In this document: positions 48,263 through 56,226 of the stretch, piece by piece | Numbering within the stretch: the first letter of the stretch is position 1 | Layout: each line of letters begins with the position of its first letter | Translations under genes and position numbers: made by a program | Notes under the pieces: generated by a model | Database searches by the model: none | Told to the model about the DNA's origin: nothing | What the model saw: only the letters and a program-made list of their open reading frames with translations | From: an uncultured Candidatus Saccharibacteria bacterium | GTDB lineage: Bacteria; Patescibacteriota; UBA1384; DTJR01 | Direction: 5' to 3' | Assembly: GCA_964580065.1 (NCBI GenBank) | Contig: CAZOJE010000001.1 | Span: 23,717 to 87,716, forward strand | Length of the DNA stretch: 64,000 bases

Positions 48263-48314
48263 CAGTCTCCATGCGCCGCCGGGGACAACATCCGAGCGGC
48301 GCATTTTTTAACTT

Positions 48315-49523
48315 ATGAAAAACTTAAAAACAAAGGTACTAAATTTTCCCGAAAAACCGGGCGTTTATATTATGAAAAACATTGCCGGGGAAATTATTTA
48401 TATTGGCAAGGCGACTTCGCTTAAAGAAAGAGTCCGCTCGTATTTTTCAAGTAATATTGCGCCAAAGACAATTCAGCAGATGCTTGAGGTTACTGACATT
48501 GAATATCAGCTGACGGAAAGTGCCTTCGAGGCCTTGGTGCTAGAATCGAACTTAATTAAAAAATACTTTCCCAAATATAACATCAGAGAAAAAGATGATA
48601 AAAGTCGATCGTATATTTACATTACTAATGAAAGTTTTCCGCGAATTTATATCTTAAGAGCCAGTGATTTGGCTAAAGAAAAATATTTAAATAAAAACTT
48701 GTTTGGACCATTTGGATCAGGCCATGTAGTTGGTCAGGCCTTGGATGTGATAAGAGAAATTGTGCCTTTTCGAACTTGTCGCATTATGCCTAAAAAGAAA
48801 TGTTTGTATGGGCGGCTTGGGCTTTGTGAGGCGCCGTGCGAAGGCAAAATAGCAAAAGATGATTACAATAAAAACATTAAAAGTATAAAAAATTTCTTAT
48901 CGGGGAAAAAAGAAAAAGTTCTTAATCAATTCAAAAAAGATTTAAAATTCTATTCTAAAAACCTTGAGTTTGAAAAAGCCGCGGAAATTCGCGATAGAAT
49001 TTTTGCTTTAGAGCATTTAAAGAAAGTTCATGTCGTCAGTGATTCGAATGCCACCGTGTACGATCGTATAGAAGGATACGACATTTCGAATATTTTTGGA
49101 GAATATGCTACTGGATCAATGGTGGTATTCATAAATGGTGAAAGTGAAAAAAGCGAATACAGAAAATTTAAAATTAAAACAGTCAAGGGTGCGAATGATG
49201 TCGCGATGATGAAAGAAGTGCTTGAGAGAAGATTCCGCAACAACTGGCCATATCCGGATTTAATTTTAATTGATGGCGGCCGACCACAGGTAAACGCGGC
49301 ACTGGAAGTTTTGAAAGAAAGAGGTCTAAATATTCCAATTGTTGGCCTTGCTAAGGGGCCAGATCGAAAAAAAGATGAAATTGTAGCAAGTAAAACCTTT
49401 CCACGAGACGAAATTAGTTTGCTTAAGCAAGTGCGTGATGAAGCCCATCGCTTTGCCAAAGGATATTACGAAAAACTACATCGTCGCGGCTTGCTTAGTG
49501 ATTTTACCGACAAAGCTCGTTAA
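48315..49523 (+). CDS. uvrC: Excinuclease ABC subunit C (short form, no C-terminal HhH)
   Basis: PGVY..., YIGKA, RIEGYDIS, PDLILIDGG, RDEAHRFA. Confidence 0.92.
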   Translation: MKNLKTKVLNFPEKPGVYIMKNIAGEIIYIGKATSLKERVRSYFSSNIAPKTIQQMLEVTDIEYQLTESAFEALVLESNLIKKYFPKYNIREKDDKSRSYIYITNESFPRIYILRASDLAKEKYLNKNLFGPFGSGHVVGQALDVIREIVPFRTCRIMPKKKCLYGRLGLCEAPCEGKIAKDDYNKNIKSIKNFLSGKKEKVLNQFKKDLKFYSKNLEFEKAAEIRDRIFALEHLKKVHVVSDSNATVYDRIEGYDISNIFGEYATGSMVVFINGESEKSEYRKFKIKTVKGANDVAMMKEVLERRFRNNWPYPDLILIDGGRPQVNAALEVLKERGLNIPIVGLAKGPDRKKDEIVASKTFPRDEISLLKQVRDEAHRFAKGYYEKLHRRGLLSDFTDKAR

Positions 49524-49929
49524 TTTGCTGACCGACAATATTCAAGCCAACAGAATCAGCGTTTAGCTCGATGGCCTTGTCGGCTTTTGTTTTAGATTCG
49601 TAAGTTTTAGCTGGATTGGTTGGGTCTGGCTCAACGCTCATTTCTTTAACATCAACAATTCGACAACCGTCGAGAAAAACTATTTCCAAAGGGATCAGAG
49701 TATCCTTCATCCAAAAAATTTGAATGTCTCTTGTGCCAAAGAGAAAAAGCATTCCGTTATTTTGTTCAAGTGTCGCTCTGGAAGATAGCCCCTTTTTCCT
49801 TTGTTCATCGGTTTTGGCAATCTCTAAATTAAACGTTTTTCCATTGATGTGGACAGTTTGAAAATCACGATTATTCGTGCAACCGACTAAAAATAGAGCT
49901 ATGATAATAAAAATAAGAGACTTTTTCAT
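49504..49929 (-). CDS. DUF192 lipoprotein
   Basis: LVGC lipobox; GMLF.F, FWMKDT.IPL. Confidence 0.88.
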   Translation of the reverse strand: MKKSLIFIIIALFLVGCTNNRDFQTVHINGKTFNLEIAKTDEQRKKGLSSRATLEQNNGMLFLFGTRDIQIFWMKDTLIPLEIVFLDGCRIVDVKEMSVEPDPTNPAKTYESKTKADKAIELNADSVGLNIVGQQINELCR

Positions 49930-50025
49930 ATAATGAATTTATCATTTTTCCATATTTTTCTAATACGTTAAATCTAGTATAGATCATATAAAATAATAAT
50001 TTAAGCAATTTAATTAGGAAAAAAT

Positions 50026-51297
50026 ATGCAAGATAAACAAGAGTTCAAAAATAAATTCCAAATCGAAGCAAAATATGAAATTATCGTTCCCAGCCGAGTT
50101 AATCTAATTGGCGAACATTCGGATTATTTTGGTAATTTCGTCATGTCGATGGCTGTGGAAAATGTCAAAATGAAGTCGTATCTGTGCCCAAGAGATGACG
50201 ACAAGGTGCGAATGTTTTCTGTTAATTTATCTGAAAGTAAAGGGATAACAAACGGAAATTATAAGCCGTTCGAAGAATTTTCTGTTTTAGACGATCGAAT
50301 AAATGACCAATGGGTGCAATATGTTCAAGGGGCAATTGCGATGTATGCCGAAGAGTATACTAGACGTAAATTAAAAGGTTTTGATTTACTGATCGACTCA
50401 AGTATTCCGGTCGGCGGGGGGCTATCATCGTCTTCGGCGTTGACCATGACAGCCATTGTGGCTTTAGGCATTGCCAACGGCTTTACGGACGGGGCTAAAA
50501 ATTACACGCCGGAAGAAGGTCTGGCGATTTTGAACAAAAAAGACGACAGTGAAACGACTAAAAATCTTTTTCGCAAATTGTTTATGATGGGTTGCTGGAG
50601 CGAATATTGGTATGGCACAAGGGGCGGTTTCAATGATCATCTGGCAATGACCGTCGGTAAAAAAGGGGTGGCTTCTGTTTCGGATAATTTTAAAAAAGAT
50701 TATGAATACGTCCCCCTGCCGCGAGGGTTGAGTATTGTCATTTGCAATACTATGGTAAGACATAATCAGCTTTATTCTGAATATGATAATCGAAAAAAAG
50801 ATGCTTGGCATGGTTTTGCAAAATTAAACCATTACGTTCCTAGTGCTAAAAATGTCCGTGATATTTCTTTGGAATTACTCGAGGAACACAAGAACGAACT
50901 TACTGAAAATGAATACAAGAGATTGTTGCATCCGATTACCGAAAAACAAAGAGTATTTGATTTTATTGACGCTTTAAAGGAACGTGATTTTGCAAAAGCG
51001 GGCGAGCTTTTAAACAAAACTCACGAGAGTTTAAGAAGAAACTATGAGGTGTCGTGCAATGAATTAAATATTATGCAACGAGCGGCGGTGAATAGCCCCG
51101 GCTGTTATGGGGCGCGTCTTGTCGGCGGTGGGTTTGGCGGATGCGTCATAGCGCTAGTCGATGAGAGTAAAAAAAATGATTTTATTGTTCGTGTCAAAAA
51201 AGAATATGACAATGATCCGGAAATTTCAGCGTTGGAAATTGACAGTGAAATTTGGGAAGCTGTAAGTGGCGAAGGTATCTTAGTTAACGAGCTTTAA
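50026..51297 (+). CDS. galK: Galactokinase
   Basis: RVNLIGEHSDY, PVGGGLSSSSA, GARLVGGGFGG. Confidence 0.85.
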   Translation: MQDKQEFKNKFQIEAKYEIIVPSRVNLIGEHSDYFGNFVMSMAVENVKMKSYLCPRDDDKVRMFSVNLSESKGITNGNYKPFEEFSVLDDRINDQWVQYVQGAIAMYAEEYTRRKLKGFDLLIDSSIPVGGGLSSSSALTMTAIVALGIANGFTDGAKNYTPEEGLAILNKKDDSETTKNLFRKLFMMGCWSEYWYGTRGGFNDHLAMTVGKKGVASVSDNFKKDYEYVPLPRGLSIVICNTMVRHNQLYSEYDNRKKDAWHGFAKLNHYVPSAKNVRDISLELLEEHKNELTENEYKRLLHPITEKQRVFDFIDALKERDFAKAGELLNKTHESLRRNYEVSCNELNIMQRAAVNSPGCYGARLVGGGFGGCVIALVDESKKNDFIVRVKKEYDNDPEISALEIDSEIWEAVSGEGILVNEL

Positions 51298-51317
51298 TTT
51301 TTTTAGCTGAGAGCAAA

Positions 51318-52184
51318 ATGCCCGAATTGCCCGAAGTAGAAATCATCAAAAGAGGTCTCGAACAAAAGATTATTGGCAGAACCATTGCCTCTGTTGATGT
51401 ACGCGAGAGTAAAATTTTTCAGGGTAGAAAAGAAGATGTAGTTGACTCTAAAATTATTAACATCAAGCGGCGGGCCAAGATGATTGTGATAGAACTATCT
51501 AACCAAAAAAGTCTTTTAATCCATTTGAAAATGACCGGTCAGCTTATTTTCGATCGCAAACCAAACGACAAAACTACTCGGACGGCTGGTGGACATCCGT
51601 CTAAAGATTGGGTGGCTGATTTACCAAGTCAATTCACGAGAGTGATTTTTGTTTTTACAGATGGAAGCGTTTTGTATTTTAACGATTTGCGTAAATTCGG
51701 CTATATTAAAGTCTATAAAAGCTCTGAAATTGATGATCTCAAAGTTTTGCGTGAGCTTGGGCCGGAGCCATTTGATAAAGAATTTACGGCGGAATATTTA
51801 TTACGCTGTTGTGATAAAAAACCGCGAACAAAAATAAAACAACTTTTAATTGATCAAACGATAATTTCGGGCGTTGGTAATATATACGCCGATGAGTCGC
51901 TTTTTTGCGCCCATATTTCGCCTCTGCGGTTAGGGCGCGATATTAAATTATCGGAATTAAGAAAGATTGCAGAATGTGTCAAAGAAGTTTTAACGAAAGC
52001 GCTTAAAATGGGCGGTTCAAGCGAAAATACTTTTGTCGACGTTGAAGGAAAAAGGGGACAAATGCAAAACCATTTTTTGGTATATCGTCAAACAGGAAGA
52101 AATTGTCCGAATGGCTGTGGAAAAATAATGAGAACGACTGTGGGAGGCAGAGGAACGCATTATTGCCCAATTTGCCAAGTTTAA
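51318..52184 (+). CDS. mutM: Formamidopyrimidine-DNA glycosylase
   Basis: MPELPEVE, HLKMTG, GVGNIYADE, CP.CQ. Confidence 0.96.
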   Translation: MPELPEVEIIKRGLEQKIIGRTIASVDVRESKIFQGRKEDVVDSKIINIKRRAKMIVIELSNQKSLLIHLKMTGQLIFDRKPNDKTTRTAGGHPSKDWVADLPSQFTRVIFVFTDGSVLYFNDLRKFGYIKVYKSSEIDDLKVLRELGPEPFDKEFTAEYLLRCCDKKPRTKIKQLLIDQTIISGVGNIYADESLFCAHISPLRLGRDIKLSELRKIAECVKEVLTKALKMGGSSENTFVDVEGKRGQMQNHFLVYRQTGRNCPNGCGKIMRTTVGGRGTHYCPICQV

Positions 52185-52223
52185 TTAATTTGATAAGGAT
52201 AAAAAAACTGTTATTATAAAAAT

Positions 52224-52295
52224 ATGTTAACCGAATTAATAAATAAGACCTTTGCATATTGGTTTTTTACCGACTCTCACAGCCGGCGTTTTTAG
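52224..52295 (+). CDS. Leader peptide 1 (aromatic): MLTELINKTFAYWFFTDSHSRRF
   Basis: Promoter ttgata(52190)/tattat(52212) puts TSS near ATG; FAYWFF run; 3' end complementary to terminator arm. Confidence 0.7.
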   Translation: MLTELINKTFAYWFFTDSHSRRF

Positions 52296-52321
52296 TTATT
52301 TAAAATAATCAAAATAAATTT

Positions 52322-52346
52322 AGCCGGCTGAAGAGCCGGTTTTTTT
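52322..52346 (+). terminator. Attenuator terminator 1
   Basis: agccggct-gaag-agccggtt + T run. Confidence 0.8.
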
Positions 52347-52407
52347 GTGTTTAGCTGCTAACTTTCGATTTTCGAAGGTTGGCACATTGAACACAAGGGA
52401 GGCAGAA

Positions 52408-52593
52408 ATGGACGCTCAAGAGGTGTTCTTTAAAAGGGCGCTTGTCTGGATGCAAGCATTGGAGCGAGCAAAAATGTCGGGAATCCAGTCGTGGATAAAC
52501 GACTGTGAAGAACAGGTAAGAAGGGCAAAAGAAGAAGCCGAGAGAGCCGGCTACCCTGTACCGATTCAAGAAGTGCCCAATCGCACCGCGTAA
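52408..52593 (+). CDS. Small orphan protein (61 aa)
   Basis: RBS aagggagg, ATG 52408; downstream terminator ~52647-52686. Confidence 0.65.
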   Translation: MDAQEVFFKRALVWMQALERAKMSGIQSWINDCEEQVRRAKEEAERAGYPVPIQEVPNRTA

Positions 52594-52781
52594 CTGGTCT
52601 GCGTCGAATTTAGTTTGTTGAGAGGACCCTGCCTTTTGTGTTTTACGGGGTTGGATTTATTTGCAAGATCCAACCCTTATTTTTTTATTCAGCAATTTTG
52701 TCAAATCTAAGATGATTATTAGGCCTTGCGCTAACATAACGATTGTTGACCAGAGAAAAAATATTTGCTACGATTTAACCG

Positions 52782-52865
52782 ATGAAAAACTTAGTTGCTA
52801 GCGCATTCGTATTATCGCTTGGTCTACTACTGGGCGACTCTTTACCTTTGCGGCGGGCACGCTGA
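52782..52865 (+). CDS. Leader peptide 2 (Leu): MKNLVASAFVLSLGLLLGDSLPLRRAR
   Basis: ttgacc(52746)-N17-tacgat(52769), ATG at TSS distance; 8 Leu including CTA CTA CTG. Confidence 0.8.
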   Translation: MKNLVASAFVLSLGLLLGDSLPLRRAR

Positions 52866-52889
52866 GTTTTTAGCACCTTTCAATCAATA

Positions 52890-52927
52890 AATAGAAAAGC
52901 CCCGTCGCAAGACGGGGTTTTTCTATT
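52890..52927 (+). terminator. Attenuator terminator 2
   Basis: aatagaaaagccccgtc-gcaa-gacggggtttttctatt. Confidence 0.85.
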
Positions 52928-52999
52928 CCCTTTCATTTTTGGGCGTTCCTGCCTTTGTCGTATTTACTGCAAGGGCGCGACGCGCCCAAAAAGGAGAAA

Positions 53000-53380
53000 A
53001 TGAGAATGAACGAGTTTACTTTGGACGGAGCATGGATGAACGGCAATCAAACGTTTGCCGTCAGAGTGAGGACTCTCGATGGCATCGTCGTATCTGACGC
53101 TGCATCTAGCTCAAACTTGTTCGAAGCTATATCGAAGGCGTTCCAAAGAACGACGGGGGTTGACTTTTCGATCACATCTCTTGTGGTCGATTCGAGGTTC
53201 GAGAGCAACTCCGTGTCGTTCAAAGTCCATCTTTCTGTTGTTGCTGATGGGTTTTGGATGGCGAAAACCGAAGGAGAATCCAGCAACTTGGTCGAAGCGA
53301 TAGCGAGCGCGGCTTTGGCCGGTGTCAACATGCGTCTTCGGTACACTGCGGCCGCTCCAGCACCCGCTTCAGTTGCCTAG
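53000..53380 (+). CDS. Stand-alone LeuA allosteric (regulatory/dimerisation) domain protein
   Basis: AVRV...DG....DAASSSNLFEAISKAF...TG.DF.I..L.V......V.L.V..DG.......SSNLVEA.A.A.L.GVN matches the IPMS C-terminal pattern; RBS aaggag. Confidence 0.7.
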   Translation: MRMNEFTLDGAWMNGNQTFAVRVRTLDGIVVSDAASSSNLFEAISKAFQRTTGVDFSITSLVVDSRFESNSVSFKVHLSVVADGFWMAKTEGESSNLVEAIASAALAGVNMRLRYTAAAPAPASVA

Positions 53381-53466
53381 TGTGGCAGCATCCGGGGCCT
53401 TGGCAGAATTTTCTGCCGAGGCCCTTGATCGTCAGGAGGGATTTTGATATTTTATATTCATATAAA

Positions 53467-53526
53467 ATGTTTAGTTTAAACCAAAATATTATTGCTATCA
53501 TTATTACTCCGCCGACGCGGTGGTAG
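53467..53526 (+). CDS. Leader peptide 3 (Ile): MFSLNQNIIAIIITPPTRW
   Basis: IIAIII run; 1:2, 2:3 and 3:4 pairings present. Confidence 0.75.
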   Translation: MFSLNQNIIAIIITPPTRW

Positions 53527-53553
53527 CTTAAAGTATCTTGAAAAACAAAGCTC

Positions 53554-53577
53554 CCGCCGCAAAACGGCGGTTTTTTT
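53554..53577 (+). terminator. Attenuator terminator 3
   Basis: ccgccg-caaaa-cggcgg-T7. Confidence 0.85.
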
Positions 53578-53645
53578 GTCTGCTGGATTGATCAAGAACG
53601 ACCATTTTTGGTCAGAATCAGCAGACAAAAAGGAGATGAAAGAAG

Positions 53646-53996
53646 ATGGGTGAAGTAACCGAAGGACTGGCCAACGAGCTGAAGCCGCTTTTTGAGAGGG
53701 GCGAGACTCTCATAGACAGCGAGGAGGAAAAGGCGCGTTTCTTGAAGGAAGCCAGGATTCTCTTCAGTGTAGAGATTCGCTGGGGACATTCTGCCGGTAG
53801 AGACTACTGGCTTCGTGCAGGTCATACCGAGTTCATCACATCTTGCGCCACCTCGCTGTCTCGCCAAGATGCCATTGGGAGGGCAATCTGGTGGCTAGAC
53901 AGAAAACCTTACTTCCAGTCGGAGTTCTTCAAAACCCATCGGAGTGAATTGCTTCAACACCCGGGGGTTCCTCTAATCCGTCGCGGGTTGATCTGA
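53646..53996 (+). CDS. Orphan protein (116 aa)
   Basis: RBS aaaggag; downstream hairpin gggcggccgc-ttttt-gcggccgccc. Confidence 0.65.
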   Translation: MGEVTEGLANELKPLFERGETLIDSEEEKARFLKEARILFSVEIRWGHSAGRDYWLRAGHTEFITSCATSLSRQDAIGRAIWWLDRKPYFQSEFFKTHRSELLQHPGVPLIRRGLI

Positions 53997-54090
53997 CATT
54001 CCGGGCGGCCGCTTTTTGCGGCCGCCCTTTCTCTTACTCCTTGATTCTGTTTACTCTTGTTTTTGTTATATTTTAGATTATATTTGAAAC

Positions 54091-54855
54091 ATGATTAACA
54101 ACAAAAAAGTTTTTGCAATTGTGATGGCGGGCGGCAAGGGCACGCGCATTGGCGCTACAGATTTTCCAAAAGTAATGTTTACCGTGGCGGACAAACCAAT
54201 TATTGAATGGGCTTTGCGGCCGTTGGAGCAGTTAAAAAAAGACGGCCTGATTGATCGCATTCTTGTTATCGTTGGTTTTAAAGGCGACAAAATTATTGAT
54301 TATCTCAAAGATCGTGTTGAATATGTTTGGCAAAAAGAACAGTTGGGAACGGCGCACGCTGTGCAAATGGCCGAAAATTTATTGGCTAACGAAGAAGGAA
54401 TTACAGTCATTGTCAACGGTGACCATGCCCTTTATTCAGCAGCTACTTATGAAAAAATGCTCAAAACTTATACTGACAAAGATTTGACGCTGGCATTTGC
54501 CACAGTTGAATCGGCTAGCCGTTTTGATTCTTACGGACGAGTGCTGCGCGGCGATAAAGGAGAAATAAAAGGTGTGGTGGAAGTTCCCGAAGCCACCGAG
54601 GCCGAGCTGAAAATAAAAGAAAAGAGTATCAATTTATACGCGGTTGACAATGAGTGGCTTTTTGGCGTTTTGCCGGACATTAAGCAAAGCGCGGCCAAAA
54701 AAGAATATTATATTGTGGATATTGTTAAAAAAGCTATTGATCAGGGCAAAAAAGTAGCAACGGTTGGAGTTGACGACGAGGACGAGGCCTTGGGCATTAA
54801 TACTTTAGACGACCGAGCGGAAGTTGAAGGAATTCTGCGCGCCAGACAATTTTAA
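54091..54855 (+). CDS. GlmU N-terminal-like nucleotidyltransferase (no acetyltransferase domain)
   Basis: MAGGKGTR, PKV, Q.EQLGTAHAV, NGD, YGRV, EYYI.D, GINT. Confidence 0.85.
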   Translation: MINNKKVFAIVMAGGKGTRIGATDFPKVMFTVADKPIIEWALRPLEQLKKDGLIDRILVIVGFKGDKIIDYLKDRVEYVWQKEQLGTAHAVQMAENLLANEEGITVIVNGDHALYSAATYEKMLKTYTDKDLTLAFATVESASRFDSYGRVLRGDKGEIKGVVEVPEATEAELKIKEKSINLYAVDNEWLFGVLPDIKQSAAKKEYYIVDIVKKAIDQGKKVATVGVDDEDEALGINTLDDRAEVEGILRARQF

Positions 54856-54968
54856 AAATTAGTGAGTTTCAGAATTTAATGCAACATTTTTGAGCTTTGT
54901 TTGTATTCTTTCAATAACTCGCTGATCTGATATTGACAGTCTACCCTTATCGGGGTAGAATTTTAAAC

Positions 54969-55061
54969 GTGAATACAAACCTGACAATAGATCAAAAGCA
55001 AACAGCCATTTATTTTGGCAGTTTTTGCTTTTCTAAATGGATGACCGGAGAGCGGTTTTGA
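54969..55061 (+). CDS. Leader peptide 4 (aromatic/Phe): MNTNLTIDQKQTAIYFGSFCFSKWMTGERF
   Basis: ttgaca(54933)-N17-tagaat(54956), GTG at TSS distance; 14-bp antiterminator overlapping the stop codon. Confidence 0.7.
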   Translation: MNTNLTIDQKQTAIYFGSFCFSKWMTGERF

Positions 55062-55085
55062 GGTAGAGATACATAATTTCCCCTC

Positions 55086-55119
55086 AAAACCGCTCCGCCC
55101 CACGGAGCGGTTTTATTTT
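55086..55119 (+). terminator. Attenuator terminator 4
   Basis: aaaaccgctccg-cccca-cggagcggtttt-atttt. Confidence 0.85.
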
Positions 55120-55463
55120 GACAAGGGGGGTGGGACAGTGGCCGGCTTTACTTAGCCGCACATGGCTCTGCTTCTCTAGCAGAGCCGGGGGTCAGCCCCT
55201 TATAGCTGCGTTCGTTGAAAACGGGTTCGCCCGTGCACTTTTCAACCATGTTTCTTCCTTTTAGCCGACGTATGAAGCAAGGGGGAAGGTACGTCTAGGA
55301 CTTCGGTCCTCGGTTGATTCGTGCGATAGCGAGTGGGAAAGGGTCCGGGTCTCTGCCCTTCCCTTCGGCTTCGGCCGAAAAAAGAGACCCCCACGGGACG
55401 GTGAGGTTTCCGCCTCACCGTCCCGACCAGTTTACCAGACGAAGACCCCGTGGGTCTTTTTTT
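55120..55463 (+). ncRNA. Candidate large structured ncRNA, family not recognised
   Basis: GC-rich, no ORF in the track, at least 8 hairpins, three UUCG loops, possible pseudoknot, terminal terminator. Confidence 0.65.
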
Positions 55464-55491
55464 GTTGGAATTATTTGTTAACTTTTAATCA

Positions 55492-56226
55492 ATGAAATCT
55501 TATTCGACTTATGGCATTATCATTAAAAAAAGAAATTTTCTTGAAAAAGACCGGATTTTAACTATTTTTTCCCGAGATAGGGGAAAAATCGAGATTTTAT
55601 CCAAAGGTTGTCGTCGCCCGGGGTCGAAATTGTCCTATTGTTCGGATTTGGGTGTGGTCGGTAGATTTTTTCTCCATGCCGGCAAAAGTCTGGATATTTT
55701 AACGGATTTTCAGCCGATTTTTTATCCTCAAGAAATTACTGGCGATTATGAAAAAACTAATTTCATGGGTGCGATTTTTTCGATCGTCAACAAGCTTTTT
55801 GAGTTTGATCAGCCCCACCGTAAAACTTATGCGTTATTGTGCGAAATCGTGGAAAATTTGAACGAAACTTCGGTTAAATTGAACGGAGTTGTTTTTTGGG
55901 CTAAATTAAGCGAAGATTTGGGCATCAGGCCGAATTTAAACACTTGCCCTGTTTGCAAAGATAGCATCAATTCTCGGGACGATTTATGTTTCAATGAGGA
56001 AGGAGAGATTTTTCACCGCCATTGCCGCGATTTGAGCAGAAAAATTTCAACAGATGCGGTTAAGTTTATAAAATTACTTTTAGATAAAGACTTATTTTTT
56101 ATCCGGCGGATTAAAGCTAGTGCAAATGTTTTAACCGAAGCCGAGGATTATTTTGAAACATATTTTGTCTGGCATTTTGGTAAGATTATTAATGAAGCGA
56201 CATTAAGACATTTTCGGTTAATATGA
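55492..56226 (+). CDS. recO: DNA repair protein RecO
   Basis: GIIIK.....EKDRILTIFS...GKI....KG.RR; C..C...H.HC. Confidence 0.9.
   Translation: MKSYSTYGIIIKKRNFLEKDRILTIFSRDRGKIEILSKGCRRPGSKLSYCSDLGVVGRFFLHAGKSLDILTDFQPIFYPQEITGDYEKTNFMGAIFSIVNKLFEFDQPHRKTYALLCEIVENLNETSVKLNGVVFWAKLSEDLGIRPNLNTCPVCKDSINSRDDLCFNEEGEIFHRHCRDLSRKISTDAVKFIKLLLDKDLFFIRRIKASANVLTEAEDYFETYFVWHFGKIINEATLRHFRLI

Noticed and set aside
55120-55463. RNase P, tmRNA, SRP or T-box identity
   Set aside because: Hallmarks (GAGGAAAGTCC, tRNA-like ends with tag ORF, GGAAG-AGCAG loop, GGTGGNACCGCG) not seen.
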